NCBI RefSeq assembly: GCF_000150275.1
Contig: NW_002060965.1
Location: forward strand, 620,001 to 684,000
Length of the DNA stretch: 64,000 nucleotides
Direction of reading: 5' to 3'
Source: Trichoplax adhaerens
Lineage: Eukaryota > Animalia > Placozoa
Within the stretch, counting starts at the first letter, position 1. The number at the start of each line of letters is the position of its first letter. Of this stretch, positions 51,638 through 64,000 are shown piece after piece. A program made the position numbers and the translations under genes. The notes beneath the pieces were generated by a model. That model ran no database searches and was not told the DNA's origin. It saw nothing but the letters and a program-made list of their open reading frames with translations.

Positions 51638-54600
51638 ATGACATCTGATAAATTCCTTAGTGGCGTGGTTGAAGGTATACTAATATGAAGATGAATTGTA
51701 ACTGTGATGTACATCACCATGATAACATCCAGTTACAGCGGTGGACCTGTGATCAATCGATCATCTCGCTGCTGTAATATGGATAAATGAATGTGCCAGT
51801 ATTTTCTACTATTGATGAATGAAAGGATAATTTCATCCAAGATAACCTTCACTAGAAGTATTTAACTTTAGCTCCATGGATCACTAATATTTGTAGGCCA
51901 AGACTACTTTCCTGTCAATAAAGTAAACAGGATATTGCATTCGATTAGATCAAGATACAAGCACTTGAAAAAGTATAACGGGTAGATGAGTAAAAATGGT
52001 CTTATACAAACTATTCTCATTAGAAACTATAGTAACAATGATAGTTAATTAGCTTTGCCATAACTTATATATATTATTACTATTACAATTTGATTGTAAT
52101 TTTATCATATATCCGGGGTATTTGTAATAGCGATTTGATAATTAATCATAAGAATCAAGTATTGATCGATGGTATTTTCCACTCATTCATGATCACAATA
52201 GTTCTTCCTTGCCTAGTTAACCTACAAAAATTATTAGAGTAATCACATAACACAACGTATGAATGTTCTGTATCGTACATAACATGTTGCAGCAAAATCT
52301 GATTATATAAGCATACAACTACTGCGGCTGCCATTTCCAATTATGTGAAGAATGTCACTGTTTAGTTCCCCGTAACAGATACAAAAATATAATTACAGTG
52401 TAGAAGACTACTAGATAATACAATCCCTTCTCTACTAGACGATAAATACGGCATACTGTAGTAGGATCAACTATCAAAAATGCAGAAAGTACAGTATAGA
52501 TGTTGATGATAATCTAATCTAGTTGTAAAAAATATTGTTTGCAAAATCCTAGTAACCAACGTACCAGTTTATCAATTTCTTTACTCCATAGCGCACTCTT
52601 TTGAAAAATGGAAGGCTTTAATAAGATAATTTTATAAACTGATATACTGTATACTAAATATACTGAAAAAGTGATGACTTTATCGCTATATGTATTGTAT
52701 TTATAGTAGGTACGAGATCAATCGCAGTAAGCAGTTTCTTAAGTTAAGCATTTTACTCTCTCATTTACAAATATCAAATTCTATTGATTACAATACTATG
52801 CGACGTCCTGTATGTATGGTGATAGTGAGAGTAGTAATCCCATCACTTCATACATGTGTAAAGACAACTGTAATAGCTGATTTCTGAAGTTAGAGATTTA
52901 TTTTTTAAATTTATAGACTGCAATACAAAATGTAAATACAAGTATACGAGTCTAAATAACAACAACTAATTTTGAAGTTGAGAACTTTTTACCCTCTAGT
53001 TTGTCCAATTTTAATACCATTTCGACTGTACTGTATATAATGAATAAACCATCGTCTGTAAGATAATTTGATAGAAACACATAATGATGTTAGACCGTAC
53101 GTATGTAAAAAAGTATGTATTTTTGAAGCATTATAGTCAAATAAGCTATACGCCTACGTTTTTACTGATGATAATCATGAGCCTTTAGAAAAATAACATA
53201 TTTTTCTAAAAAGCCCCAGCCTAATAACCTTCTGTTTCTAATATGGTATCAACCTTCTCATATCTTGTTTGCTATAAATTATTAATTGGATATATCTAAT
53301 GAATTAGCTTTCGATATTTAAGATTCAACTTTTTAATAATAACAATGAATGTGAAACGGAGGTTAAGATTACTAAATACGATACCGTACTTGTGGCTATG
53401 TATGGAATTTTAAATTATTAACTGTTAAATATATTGCCAACCCTAATGCTAGGTTTCTACGGCAAGCCGTGGAGTTTCGAGCAGCGCAAGACTTTATTTT
53501 CAAAGTAAGCGATATTTCATATTTTAGATAAACGCATGCATTTGACATCACTAGTCTAAGATATTGTAGTGCAAATCAACTAAATAACTATAATAATAAG
53601 ACATTACTCTCATATGTATAAATATAATCTAACATAGTTTTATACGTAGGTAGTAATTACTGATCTTGCAGCCCGAAATTAATTCCAATTCATTTAAACC
53701 CTAAAAAAATACGTTATATGTAAAGTATTTTACGTTAGCATACATTACACTCTTATTACGTGATATGCAGATCTTTGTAGTCCTTTTGAACGTCATAGAA
53801 ATAAGTAATAGCTGGTTTATTAATCAGTTGTTATTTATTTTTCAATAACTATTACAGCATGGCCAAGTGGGGGTTAAATACGTATATGTACGGGCCTAAA
53901 GATGATGAGAAGCACCGTGCTGCATGGAAGCAAGCTTATTCCAAGCGTGAAGGGGGTAAACTCCTATTTGCGAAATTATTTAAATCTAAATCGTTAAAAT
54001 TAATGGTACATATCACTCTATAAGGGTCTTTGCTTTTTATTTAAATCTCACAGATAGCCTACGAGCTCTAATACGGGCAGCTGAAGAGAGTGGCATTTTA
54101 TTCATTTATGCTATCTCACCAGGTGTTGATATTACATATTCCAGTAATCGTGATATGAAATTTCTAAAAGACAAGCTTGATCAGGTGGGTAGTTTTTTAA
54201 TGCTTTCAAACTTTATTTTAATATCTAATGAAATTGGCATTGGGTGTGCCTATAATATTAATCTTTGGAAAGCACTTGGGTAATACTCTGATAAGTAGCC
54301 TTGAATTGTTCCATAACTAAATAATACGACTTCTTTTAGAAGAAATAGGTTCATCAGTATTTATGCATATTTTTCTACTTAACTGTTTACCATTAGTTGT
54401 ATAATCGCCGTATTTGTTAACGATCAACATTTATAATGGACATATGGGTATTGTAGTCATCATGCGAGTATGTCACAAATAATGTCTTATCTTATTTTAC
54501 TCTTTTGACGTACACGTGATATACTAAAATATTATAACTTTACGTGTATTCAGATACAAAATTACAATTACAATTTAAAATCTGTGATGTTCGCATATTA

Positions 54601-57600
54601 AATATCCTTAGAATGTATTAAAAGCAATTATTTGAAACTGATGAGGTATAACGATCACTTCTCATAATGATTCGTAGATTCGAAATTTTGGCTGTAATTC
54701 CTTTGCTATATTCTTCGATGATATCGATACTGTTATGTGCTTACAAGATCAAGAAGAGTTTGAGTCCTTTGCTGCTGCACAAGTAGAAGTTACGAATGAG
54801 ATATATAAATATCTAGGGATGCCAGCTAACTTTCTATTTTGCCCTACTGGTATAAGTACCGTTTCGATAGATTCGATATGAATATTTGATTGTCGTATTT
54901 TCTTTATTTGCCGCATGGGTAAATTACTTTTATTTCTTTACTTAGAATACTGTGCTGCTCGAGCAGATCCGAATGTTAAAGAATCTAAATATTTAGTTAC
55001 TGTAGGTACTGGCTTACATTCTGATATCCATATAATGTGGACAGGTATGTATCATATAACTACTGTACCTAACTGATGAAATATTAACGGGTCCTGATGA
55101 TGCAATTATTATTTTCGGTACATTGAAGGTCCTAAAGTAGTCTCTAACAAAATTAGCGTAGAGTCTATACTGGAACTACAGACAGTTCTTCGGCGAAAAC
55201 CTGTAATATGGGATAATATTCATGCCAATGACTATGAACAAGGTAGACTTAACCTTGGTCCCTACGATTGTAGACCTGCAGAACTAATGGAATCATTGAA
55301 TGGAATATTCACAAACCCTAATTGCGAATTTGAACTTAATTACGTACCGATAAGAACATTTTCTTTATGGTGTCAAAGTAAACGTACCAGATTTAACTAC
55401 GATGTTGAAAAAGCGCTAGAACAATCAATTAGAGAGTGGACTGAAGAATTTTGTATTCCTCGACTGCCCGATGGATATCTCTTAGAAGCTGATACTTCTG
55501 ATACTAACGTAAATGAATACATGGATGATGAAATGCAATCCGACTCAAGACCAATTTCTCCAGCAAATTCAATGGAAACTGATAAAGATGAACTAACAGT
55601 AAAAGATATCAGATTGCTAGTTGAGCTATTTTATCTCCCCCAAAAGCATGGCAAGACTGCCAATGACCTCCTAGCTCAAGCAAAGTGGTTAAAGTCGAAC
55701 TTTAGAATAGCAGCACTATCTAGAAAGCCGAATAATACTTCAGAGGGTAGCAACCTGGACGAGCATAATACTGACTATATTGCTGCAAAGGTAATGATAA
55801 CTCAATAAATTAGCTTAGTCATACAAAGATTGCACAGTTAGACATATTAAATCGTTAATAAAAATACAACTTCATTGCTAAATAATGCGATAGAATGAAA
55901 ACTTTATCATTTTGAAAAGCATTATTAAAGTTGGCGTAACATTATTGCCCACATGTTATACAATCCATCGATACTTTTAAATCATTTACTAACTCCGGAT
56001 CTACCCTTTGTTTTCCCAAATATTTCATCTATTTCATTTCATTACGAATTACATTATGATATTAAGGGAATCGCGTATACTGCATAACTATTCTGAACTA
56101 TAAAGTACAACTAGATTATAAGTTTCACTTCAACTGATAGAACACTCATCATTATTGTCTTGGAATACAGGAATGGGATAAAAGATTTTCTAAATTTCGA
56201 TCAATATGCCAAATTATTCATCAATTCGGGGATCGCTTGATGACATGTCGAAATCGTGTACTGCTTTATGAAGTATACAACTACGTTGCAGATCTATGCG
56301 GAATCTTATATCATCTAATATCACGAATTCATTCTTTAGGTGAGATATTAAAGGTGGCTCCAGTTAAAACTATTACCTTTTACGTAGTATTAATTACGTT
56401 ATTTACTTACCAATGATAGCAAATCCAGAAAAGCTGGAGAAAAGGAGTGACTCAGAACAAAGTTCTTTTCGCTATGGTGGCTTTGTAGGCGATATTCATG
56501 TAATACAGGAATACATGGTGTGCCATGCCAGATATGATATCTATCGATTTTATTTAATTGCTTTTATCTATATTTAGCGCCTCATAGTAAGCACTGATGA
56601 ATACGAAGAATCAACGTTAAAGAATTCTGATGCGTATGTGATACGCCCATTTATGCCATCAGATGAAGTAATCACACTTGGCTTGACCGAAACTTATAGA
56701 TCTTGTATCACTTATACAGTTAAATTCATTGTATTGTTTAGGAGACTCTGTATGATTTATGTCTGAAATCATGCATTGAAAATTCCAATGGCGATGAAAT
56801 TTACAAAAGAGAACCAAGGATTATTGGCGATAGGTAATAAATCGAATCTAGAATGAGGCGCTTATTATGAGTAGAATACAGTGGTATTCAATAATATTGG
56901 TATCTGTTTGAACATTGTAAAATTATAGGGATCTAGGAGCATATATTTACTTACATCCAGAGTATATTTACGTACTGGAAGATGACCGAGATAAAATCTG
57001 TGGCTATCTATGCGGTGCATTAGATTCTAAACAGTTCTATGAGCGATATGAATCGGAGTGGTTAACGCAAGTATGAGCAAGAAGATGATAAAAAATTAAA
57101 ACAGGTATAATCTAATATTAATCTGTCTTGTAACTAGATCCGTGATCGTCACCCCCAACCTGAAAATGATATTGCGTCCTGGACTCCAGAAGAGGTCTGC
57201 TCATTACTCATTAGTATGCCTGTAATATCTTTGTTATCGAACTTCCTGATTGGTATTCCAAATATCCTGATCTACTATAGATTGTAGCGAATTCTTTTTA
57301 TAATTTTACGCCACCAACGGATGTGTCTGTATTGTATCTGTCACATTTGGAAGCTAGATTTGATTCATCTGTTCCGGTCAGTTTAGGGCTTATAAAAATG
57401 TGTTTAATGTTAATTCAACTTAAGTTACTAACTCTACAAAATTTATATTAATTCCTATTTATAACATCCCCATTCTATAAAACCTGACAGTTTTGCTTTA
57501 TCATAACACTATAGGAAAAGGTCATAAAAAGAATAATTCGATTTATACTTGAACAATTGAAAGCTAAAGGTTAGTTTATGTACATTTGCATCCTCTTAAT

Positions 57601-57774
57601 GTAAACTAACCATTGCTTGATTTCTTAATGGAAGGGTCATATGGAGCATCAATGCTAATCGATTCATGGAGGACTAATCTCCGCAGAATATTTACGTCAA
57701 TGGGTTTTGTAGACCTGCAAGAGTACAGTTGGATGTCTGAACAAAAGTGCATGATTGCTATTAAATTAATGTAG
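51638..57774 (+). CDS. OGA: O-GlcNAcase (GH84) paralogue 2, full length with C-terminal GNAT-like pseudo-HAT domain
   Basis: Motifs are [13 protein letters not shown]|[53 protein letters not shown] and NPNCEFE. The pseudo-HAT exons run from ~56578 ([18 protein letters not shown]...YVLEDD...[10 protein letters not shown]...FTSMGF). Stop at 57772-57774. Confidence 0.93.
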
Positions 57775-58748
57775 CCGATACTGTGTTTATGGTCAGATTG
57801 TTTAGTGCAAAATATAATTATATGGTATTATTGTTGAATACTTTGCTTTTCATGCTGCATGATTTTAGTACACATTTCGGGCATATATACATATATATAT
57901 CTATATCTATATATACTCGTATAATATATTTATATATTGATATGATTGTTCCGGCAAAACATCAGTGATCACAATGTATTATAAGAGTCAACCATTTTAT
58001 TTTATATTAATGTTATTTCTCATATATAGTCGAATTCTTATCTCCACAGCAATTTATCTCTGAAAGTTAATAAATATCTACCTTTATTCTGAAGTTACAA
58101 AGGGCTACATAAAATTTTTTCCCAAACAATCTCCGAATTAGCCAGCATGAAGATACTTGATTATCATATAATTGTTGCCAAAAATGTCCTCTAAGTTAGA
58201 TTAGATGCCTATCAAATACTTCGTTAATGTATCCATTTTCTAATTGTAGCACAGGATTTATTTCAAGCATGTGGAGTTTAATAGTTTAAATCAAAAAATT
58301 AAATACTGTATGAGATATATTACCAGATTTAGTTTATTATAATTTATGTTAAAAATTCTTAACAACAGTCAAATGCACAAGTTTAATTGTAGCTTACAAC
58401 AATTCACAGGAGAACAAGTTTTTTTCTTACAAATTAAATTCTGTATTGGACTGTTGTCGAGTGCAATAATGAAGCCTGCTTCACATGTAATTGAAAATGC
58501 TTTAACGAATATCATCAGATATTCTAGTACTCTAACATAACCTACCTTATAACCATCTATTCGAGATAATTAAATATCTCTGATTAGCACTGAGCTAATT
58601 TGGATGTATATATCGTCTGCGCTTCGACAGTAGAATGTAGGTAATTTTATTTTAAATCATAGATATTTACATTATGAGCATTTACTGCAATATACGTTAG
58701 GTCGTAATGTATAGCAATTATCAGTAATTATACTTGATAATTATATTA

Positions 58749-59810
58749 TCACACAGTATAAAACTTTTTAATGCGATAATACTCTTTTAATATTTGTGAT
58801 GATGTTGGCCGTAGCTTCGGATTTATTAGCCGGCATAACTTATGCAATGGTCTTAACTCATGTAAAATGGTTAAACATACAGGACAATCATTACTTGTTA
58901 AGATATACTCTGTCACTTTAGGTAATTTCCAGATATCAGTTTTTTCATCGTAGCCAAGCATTTGGCTGTCGTTAAAAGGAAGAGATGGATAAGGCCAAAG
59001 TTGTTCTGGAGCAACAAAATCTCCAAATAACTGTCTACGACCGCATTTAATCAATTGATTATTTAAACGGTCGACGTAAGGCAATGCATCAACATCATTG
59101 AGTATCATTCGAAGATCTTGAGAAATGACATATTGTGATAGAGTTTTGATGAGATTATTGGAATCGCACATAACCAATGTCCCTCTAGGGCTGTTATGTA
59201 AGAAATGAATAATATTAACATAATCTAGAGCGAGTTGATATCGAATGTTGGCATTATGACTAATATTTAATTGCTGTAAAATAGTTTGTATGTTATCAGC
59301 TGAGCCATATGGATGATATTCTGTGATTACATGATGATTACACATACCCAAAAATTTAATAACAAATGGAGATGATTGCAATGATATTATCATTGAGATA
59401 CCATGCATGAAATCTGGTCGATAATGATGATTAGCTAATATCGATAAGGCTACAGAATAGGAATTCCATTTCGCTAAGTATACATCACGAATTGCACCAG
59501 AACCAATTTGTTGCTTTACTAATAAATGATCACGAAGAATATTGCAATCAAGCCAGCGTCGACAAGTGATCCAATGATTGAATGTAAATGATCCATTAGG
59601 GCAAGGTCGACATTTATTGTAGATTACTTTGAGTGCATTGCCTTGACAGTAGCAATTTGAATTGTTAGTTAAGGGCTTCCATCTAGGCTTATAACAACTT
59701 GTATTCGTACTTGATAGGACAAGTTGACGAATTAGCAAGCCAATGTTAGGTAGTATACAGATGATAATAATGGTCAATGCAAGCTTAATCATTGACAATG
59801 AATGGTCCAT
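58749..59810 (-). CDS. POMK: Protein O-mannose kinase (SGK196-like atypical kinase), single coding exon
   Basis: N-terminal TM anchor and CPNGSF...C..WLDC stem, then IGSGAIRDVY, VALS (no VAIK Lys), TEYHPYGS, VMCDSN..KTLSQY, DVDALP, FVAPEQLWPY and YDEKTDIWK. These are the POMK-specific substitutions of the kinase motifs. Confidence 0.93.
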   Translation of the reverse strand: MDHSLSMIKLALTIIIICILPNIGLLIRQLVLSSTNTSCYKPRWKPLTNNSNCYCQGNALKVIYNKCRPCPNGSFTFNHWITCRRWLDCNILRDHLLVKQQIGSGAIRDVYLAKWNSYSVALSILANHHYRPDFMHGISMIISLQSSPFVIKFLGMCNHHVITEYHPYGSADNIQTILQQLNISHNANIRYQLALDYVNIIHFLHNSPRGTLVMCDSNNLIKTLSQYVISQDLRMILNDVDALPYVDRLNNQLIKCGRRQLFGDFVAPEQLWPYPSLPFNDSQMLGYDEKTDIWKLPKVTEYILTSNDCPVCLTILHELRPLHKLCRLINPKLRPTSSQILKEYYRIKKFYTV

Positions 59811-59899
59811 GGATCCAGCGTTGTTTATATAAACTGATTCATGAAGTTATGATATACCTTAGCTACGAATAACTAGGCAGTAAAGAGTAATAGATATTA

Positions 59900-60950
59900 C
59901 TTATTGACAGAGATGTTAACAGTTTTGTCTGCAAATGAACATGTCGTTGAAAGAATCGCTGATTCGTCCAACTAGTGTAGAGATTCTTGGATAACTTCTA
60001 TAAATAAAGATGTCAACAGTCTTAACTGTCGGTAAATTAAGACTGAACACGTTAATTTGATCAATCAGTGTGCAGGTGATGGAGTATTTTTACTGACAGA
60101 GAAAGGAACTAACAGGGATGCTAAGTGTTTGCATGTCCGTCAATAACATGAAAATTCGTTAATTTGATCAGTTAACGTGCAAATACTCCTTATAAGCAAA
60201 GATATTCATTATCTTGACTGACGATAAAATAAGACAGTTGATCGGCTAGTTTATAGAAGATTGGATTTTGACCTAAGCAGAGGCACCGACAGCATTATCG
60301 ACATATAAATTAAGAGAGAACTCTTTGATTTGATCTATCAGCCTTCCAATGTAAGTATGCATATAGACAACGGTGTTCATATTTTAGATTGTCGATAAAT
60401 TACGAGAGAATCAGTCGACCAGCAGCGCAAAAGACTTGATCTTCTCATGAACAGAGATAGCAATAGTTTTGGTTATCGAACAGTGAAAGAGAACTGGTTA
60501 ATTTGATAGTTGGAGGTGATCAGGTATTTTTATTGATACGAAACAGAAATAAGGGGCTGACAGAGATGTCAACAGTCGATAAATCAAGAGAGCTCGCTGA
60601 TTAGATTAGCCACCATACAGTTTGGATTGTCGATAAAATAAGAGAGAATTGATTCATCACCTAGCAGATGATTCGGATCTCGTGACAAAGGGAGCTGCCA
60701 GTGGTCTTGGTTGTGGATAAATTAATGAACTTTGGAGAAAACTGGCTGATCTGATCAGTCTGCGTAGCAATACTTGTCAAAACAAAAATGTTTACAGTCT
60801 TAATTGTCGATAAAATCAAGAGAGAATCTGTCAATCAAAGCGCAGATGATTTGGATTTTTAGCTAGAGAGAGTTGATAGCAGTCTTGATTGTGGATAAGT
60901 TGAGAGAAAACTCGTTAATTTGATCAACTAAGGTGCAGATTGCCTGAACA
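59900..60950. repeat. Degenerate ~85-90-bp tandem repeat between divergent POMK and XPO7
   Basis: Recurrent TGT(C/G)GATAAA(A/T)T.AAGAGAGAA and TTAATTTGATCA blocks at about 60027, 60390, 60576, 60628, 60712, 60805 and 60890. Confidence 0.65.
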
Positions 60951-61836
60951 TAGACAGTTTGCTGTGCATTATTGGTTATAGCAAAGTTCTTTGCTAACGT
61001 TGTACGGAATGTTATCTGGTATCCACTAGTTACACACGGTTACCATAGTGTTGCATGATACGCGCTTTTAATTGGTGCTACAATATCAACTGTATTGTAC
61101 GATTTGCGCACTAGTATAGCAAGTGTTGATATTCACTTGCCAGTACCTACCTACCTCAATGGCGGTAGTTGGAGTAAATAAATACAGTAGCATGCATTTA
61201 CCCTAGCCAATGGATTTTTTCTAGTGGTCTACTGCCTACCCTATCATAGTATGCAACACGATTACGTGATTTCTAATAATAAACAAGTCTAATCAATGTG
61301 TATGGTTAAAAATAGTAGACTGCATGCAGGTATCCAGGCTAATCCAGCTGTGCTAGTTCGACTACCATGGTCAGGGGGCCCCCCATTCATTAACAGTAAG
61401 TCGCGGGCATGCCTTTGGTTTATTGTAATTACTTGAAGATGGGCTAGAATTACAAGTCATACATGATAGCTCCAACTTGCATTAGCAACGACAAAAATCA
61501 ACCCATTGAATTGTTAATTAGCATGAGTTGGAGAGCAACAGACTAAAGAGTTTAGCGTCCATTCTCGGTTAACCATATTGCTGCTAGTGAAAGGCAACAG
61601 CGAGTCTCGACCGTGGTAGGGCATGGTAGAAGTCATACTGGCCACGATATCACGGCGGTCTCTATATATTCACTAGAGCATTGTAGTCATACATCAGTAC
61701 CATCACTTCAATATTGACACACAACTAGCAGTCAGTGAGTCACGCCTCGATTGCCTAGGCATGGCATAACAACCGTGGGTAAAAGAGGCTATTTCTATTA
61801 CGCATGCGCAACACCCATCCAAGTTCAAGCAGTAGA

Positions 61837-63956
61837 ATGACCATGGACGATCGCCAGCAGGTAAAAATGGAGGAAAATGATTTGAGTTCAAGATTGGAAT
61901 AACATGCAAAAAATTGTCAATTTTATGACTATATTATATATTAAAGATGATTAAAATCAATGGAAGCATCCATATAGTGTAAAATCAAAGCAAAATTTAA
62001 TTTTATTTGACCTTATTAGATTCTTCGAATTGAGGCCTTGTGCAAAGATTTATACGAATCGACTGATGCCACGCAAAGAAGTCAAGCACAAGAAGCCTTG
62101 GTAGCCATTTCCAATTCTGATAATTGCTTAACAGAATGCCAATTTCTGTTAGAACATAGTACAGTAAGTCATTCTATAAGGCATAAATTTATCATAATGG
62201 ATTCATGATATGGATTGAATCGCCATCGATGGCCTATCAGTTTGGTTTTACTATTTTTATTAAAAAAAAAAACTATCAAGTTATTCTGCACAGTCTACTG
62301 TACGTTGACTAGACCACTCGCACAGTCATCAAAACGTTCAGTTATAACTAGGACTGTAAATCCTATACACAGATAGCATTCCCTTTTTACGAGCGAGAAA
62401 TAACACCTAGTTCAACATTGCAAAGACATGGTAAAGAAAATGATGGCGTCGAAATGATGCTATAGTGGAAAAGAAAACGCCATGAAGATAATAATGAACA
62501 GGCGTCAAGTAGGGTCGATTCTTGCAGTAATACTGGTATCATGCTATATGATGACGACGTAATCGCGTTTGAATAGCCCTAGAATCGCTCTTTTCCTCCC
62601 TCCATCGACGAGCAGATGTTTTCGATCTTACCATTAAAATCATCATTTTACTCCATTTGACCATGGAAAATAACAAAATGGATCATCCTTATCTATCGTA
62701 GGATGATATTAATGATAATATCAACGCATTCCATGACCAAATCGAGCGTCCATTTTTACTTCATTTTATGATGGTTGTTATTTGCATGCTGCGACGAGAA
62801 TCAATATTGATGACGCTGATGTAATCAACTGTTGTTTAGCGTCGACTGATTGGCATCAAATAATTAATCGATGGTGATGACTATTTTCAATTAATGGAGT
62901 TTATTTTTTTCTCTCTCTCTTCATTAGTCTCCCTATGCACAAATGTTTGCCTCGCAATCATTAATCAAGCTAATCTCACGAACGACATCATCGTTACCCT
63001 TAAATCATCGATTAGAAATGCGTAAGGATAAACAACATAGATTCAATGGATATATCAACATTACAATTCCTTTCTTATCCTATCTGCAGATGCTTTAAAT
63101 ACGTGTTGTTATTATTTTTGACTATTCTAGGTAATTACTTACTGAACTATCTGGCTACACGACTCAAATTGACCAATTTTGTAGCCCAAGCTTTAATGAA
63201 GGTATGATATTAGAATCACCTCTCTTACAATGAACAATGTTTATCATCAACGATAAAAATGAAATAACCCTGATAATACTATTTTGAAGCAGTATGTAAT
63301 TTGTTTTTTTATCATCAACATCATCTAGTTATTAGCAAGAATTACCAAGTATAGTTGGTTTGAAATGCAAAAAGAACAATATGTCTTTCAAACTGTTGTA
63401 AATGATGTGATGAATAAATTCTTGCAAGGAAATTCTATCGATACGTGCGTTATTGGCATTCAGATTTTAACTAATTTAATTATAGAAATGAATCAGGTAA
63501 GAGTGGACTAGTTGCAACTTCACACGTTTATAATTATGTAGACCATAACGTCTACCATTGCCTTGAATTGGTTTTTTATAGGTTGCTGATCCATCCAGAT
63601 CGTTTGCCAAACAACGAAAGGTAACATACATAACCAAAAACAATTTAAGTATTTTTTATGTCAAACAAGCCCCATTTTAAATCAGTACAAAAATGCATAT
63701 TATCTTATCGAAAACATTTAGGTTGCAGCGTCCTTTCGTGATTCAGTACTATTAGATATGTTTAATGTCGCATGCTCATTCCTCAAACAGGTAACTTAAT
63801 AATATTATATGAATTGAAAATATTATTATCAATAATATAAAATACTCTTTATGGGTAAACAACCTTGCACTAAACTAATATTTTTTGCGTTCATAACTTT
63901 ATCATATCCAATTTTAGTTAACAAAGAAACCAGTAGATCAAAATAACCAAGAACAA
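61837..63956 (+). CDS. XPO7: Exportin-7 (RanBP16/17 family), 5' part; continues beyond window
   Basis: Exons: 61837/61843-61860 (MDDRQQ), 62020-62163 (ILRIEALCKDLYESTDATQRSQAQEAL...CQFLLE), 62928-63020 (SPYAQMFA...LPLNHRLEM), 63131-63201 (RNYLLNYLATR), 63329-63496 (ARITKYSWF...EMNQ), 63582-63620, 63722-63790 (ASFRD) and 63918-63956. Confidence 0.93.
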
Positions 63957-64000
63957 GTAAGTCTTATCATTTTTCGAGATAATAGTAATCAATTATGCTT

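Noticed and set aside
44381-59810. Functional glycosylation cluster (OGA, OGA, POMK)
   Set aside because: The enzymes act in different compartments and pathways (nucleocytoplasmic O-GlcNAc vs ER O-mannose). Adjacency is most simply coincidental.
58749-59810. Dead kinase pseudogene because VAIK, HRD and DFG are missing
   Set aside because: These substitutions (VALS, MCD, DVDAL) are the normal signature of active POMK.

Overview
AT-rich, intron-rich animal genomic DNA, most likely placozoan (Trichoplax-like). That assignment is an inference from the compact introns, the tandem O-GlcNAcase pair and a TPR-ROCO gene. Most short ORFs in the supplied track are exon fragments, so I spliced the genes by hand using GT-AG sites and reading frame. 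In order, the window holds: (1) the 3' part of an Apaf-1-like NB-ARC/WD40 gene (+), ending in a (RRxSFD)x4-KKK-ES-CIIC tail; (2) a decayed TPR-Roc pseudogene (-); (3) an intact TPR-Roc-COR-Zn-ribbon-death-domain ROCO gene (-); (4) a KDM3/JMJD1 histone demethylase (-); (5) LAP3 leucine aminopeptidase (-) with a 16-nt catalytic microexon; (6) ZDHHC16 (+) with a likely U12-type intron; (7) a ~175-bp tandem array and a 76-bp-arm foldback around an N gap; (8) two tandem OGA genes (+), the first without and the second with the pseudo-HAT domain; (9) POMK (-); and (10) the 5' part of XPO7 (+). The best candidate for new biology is the 1-17 kb cell-death/innate-immunity cluster. It contains a predicted prenylated, multi-PKA-site Apaf-1-like protein, next to a variable-TPR ROCO death-domain receptor and its repeat-expanded pseudogene. 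No database searches were run, and all homology calls come from motif recognition.
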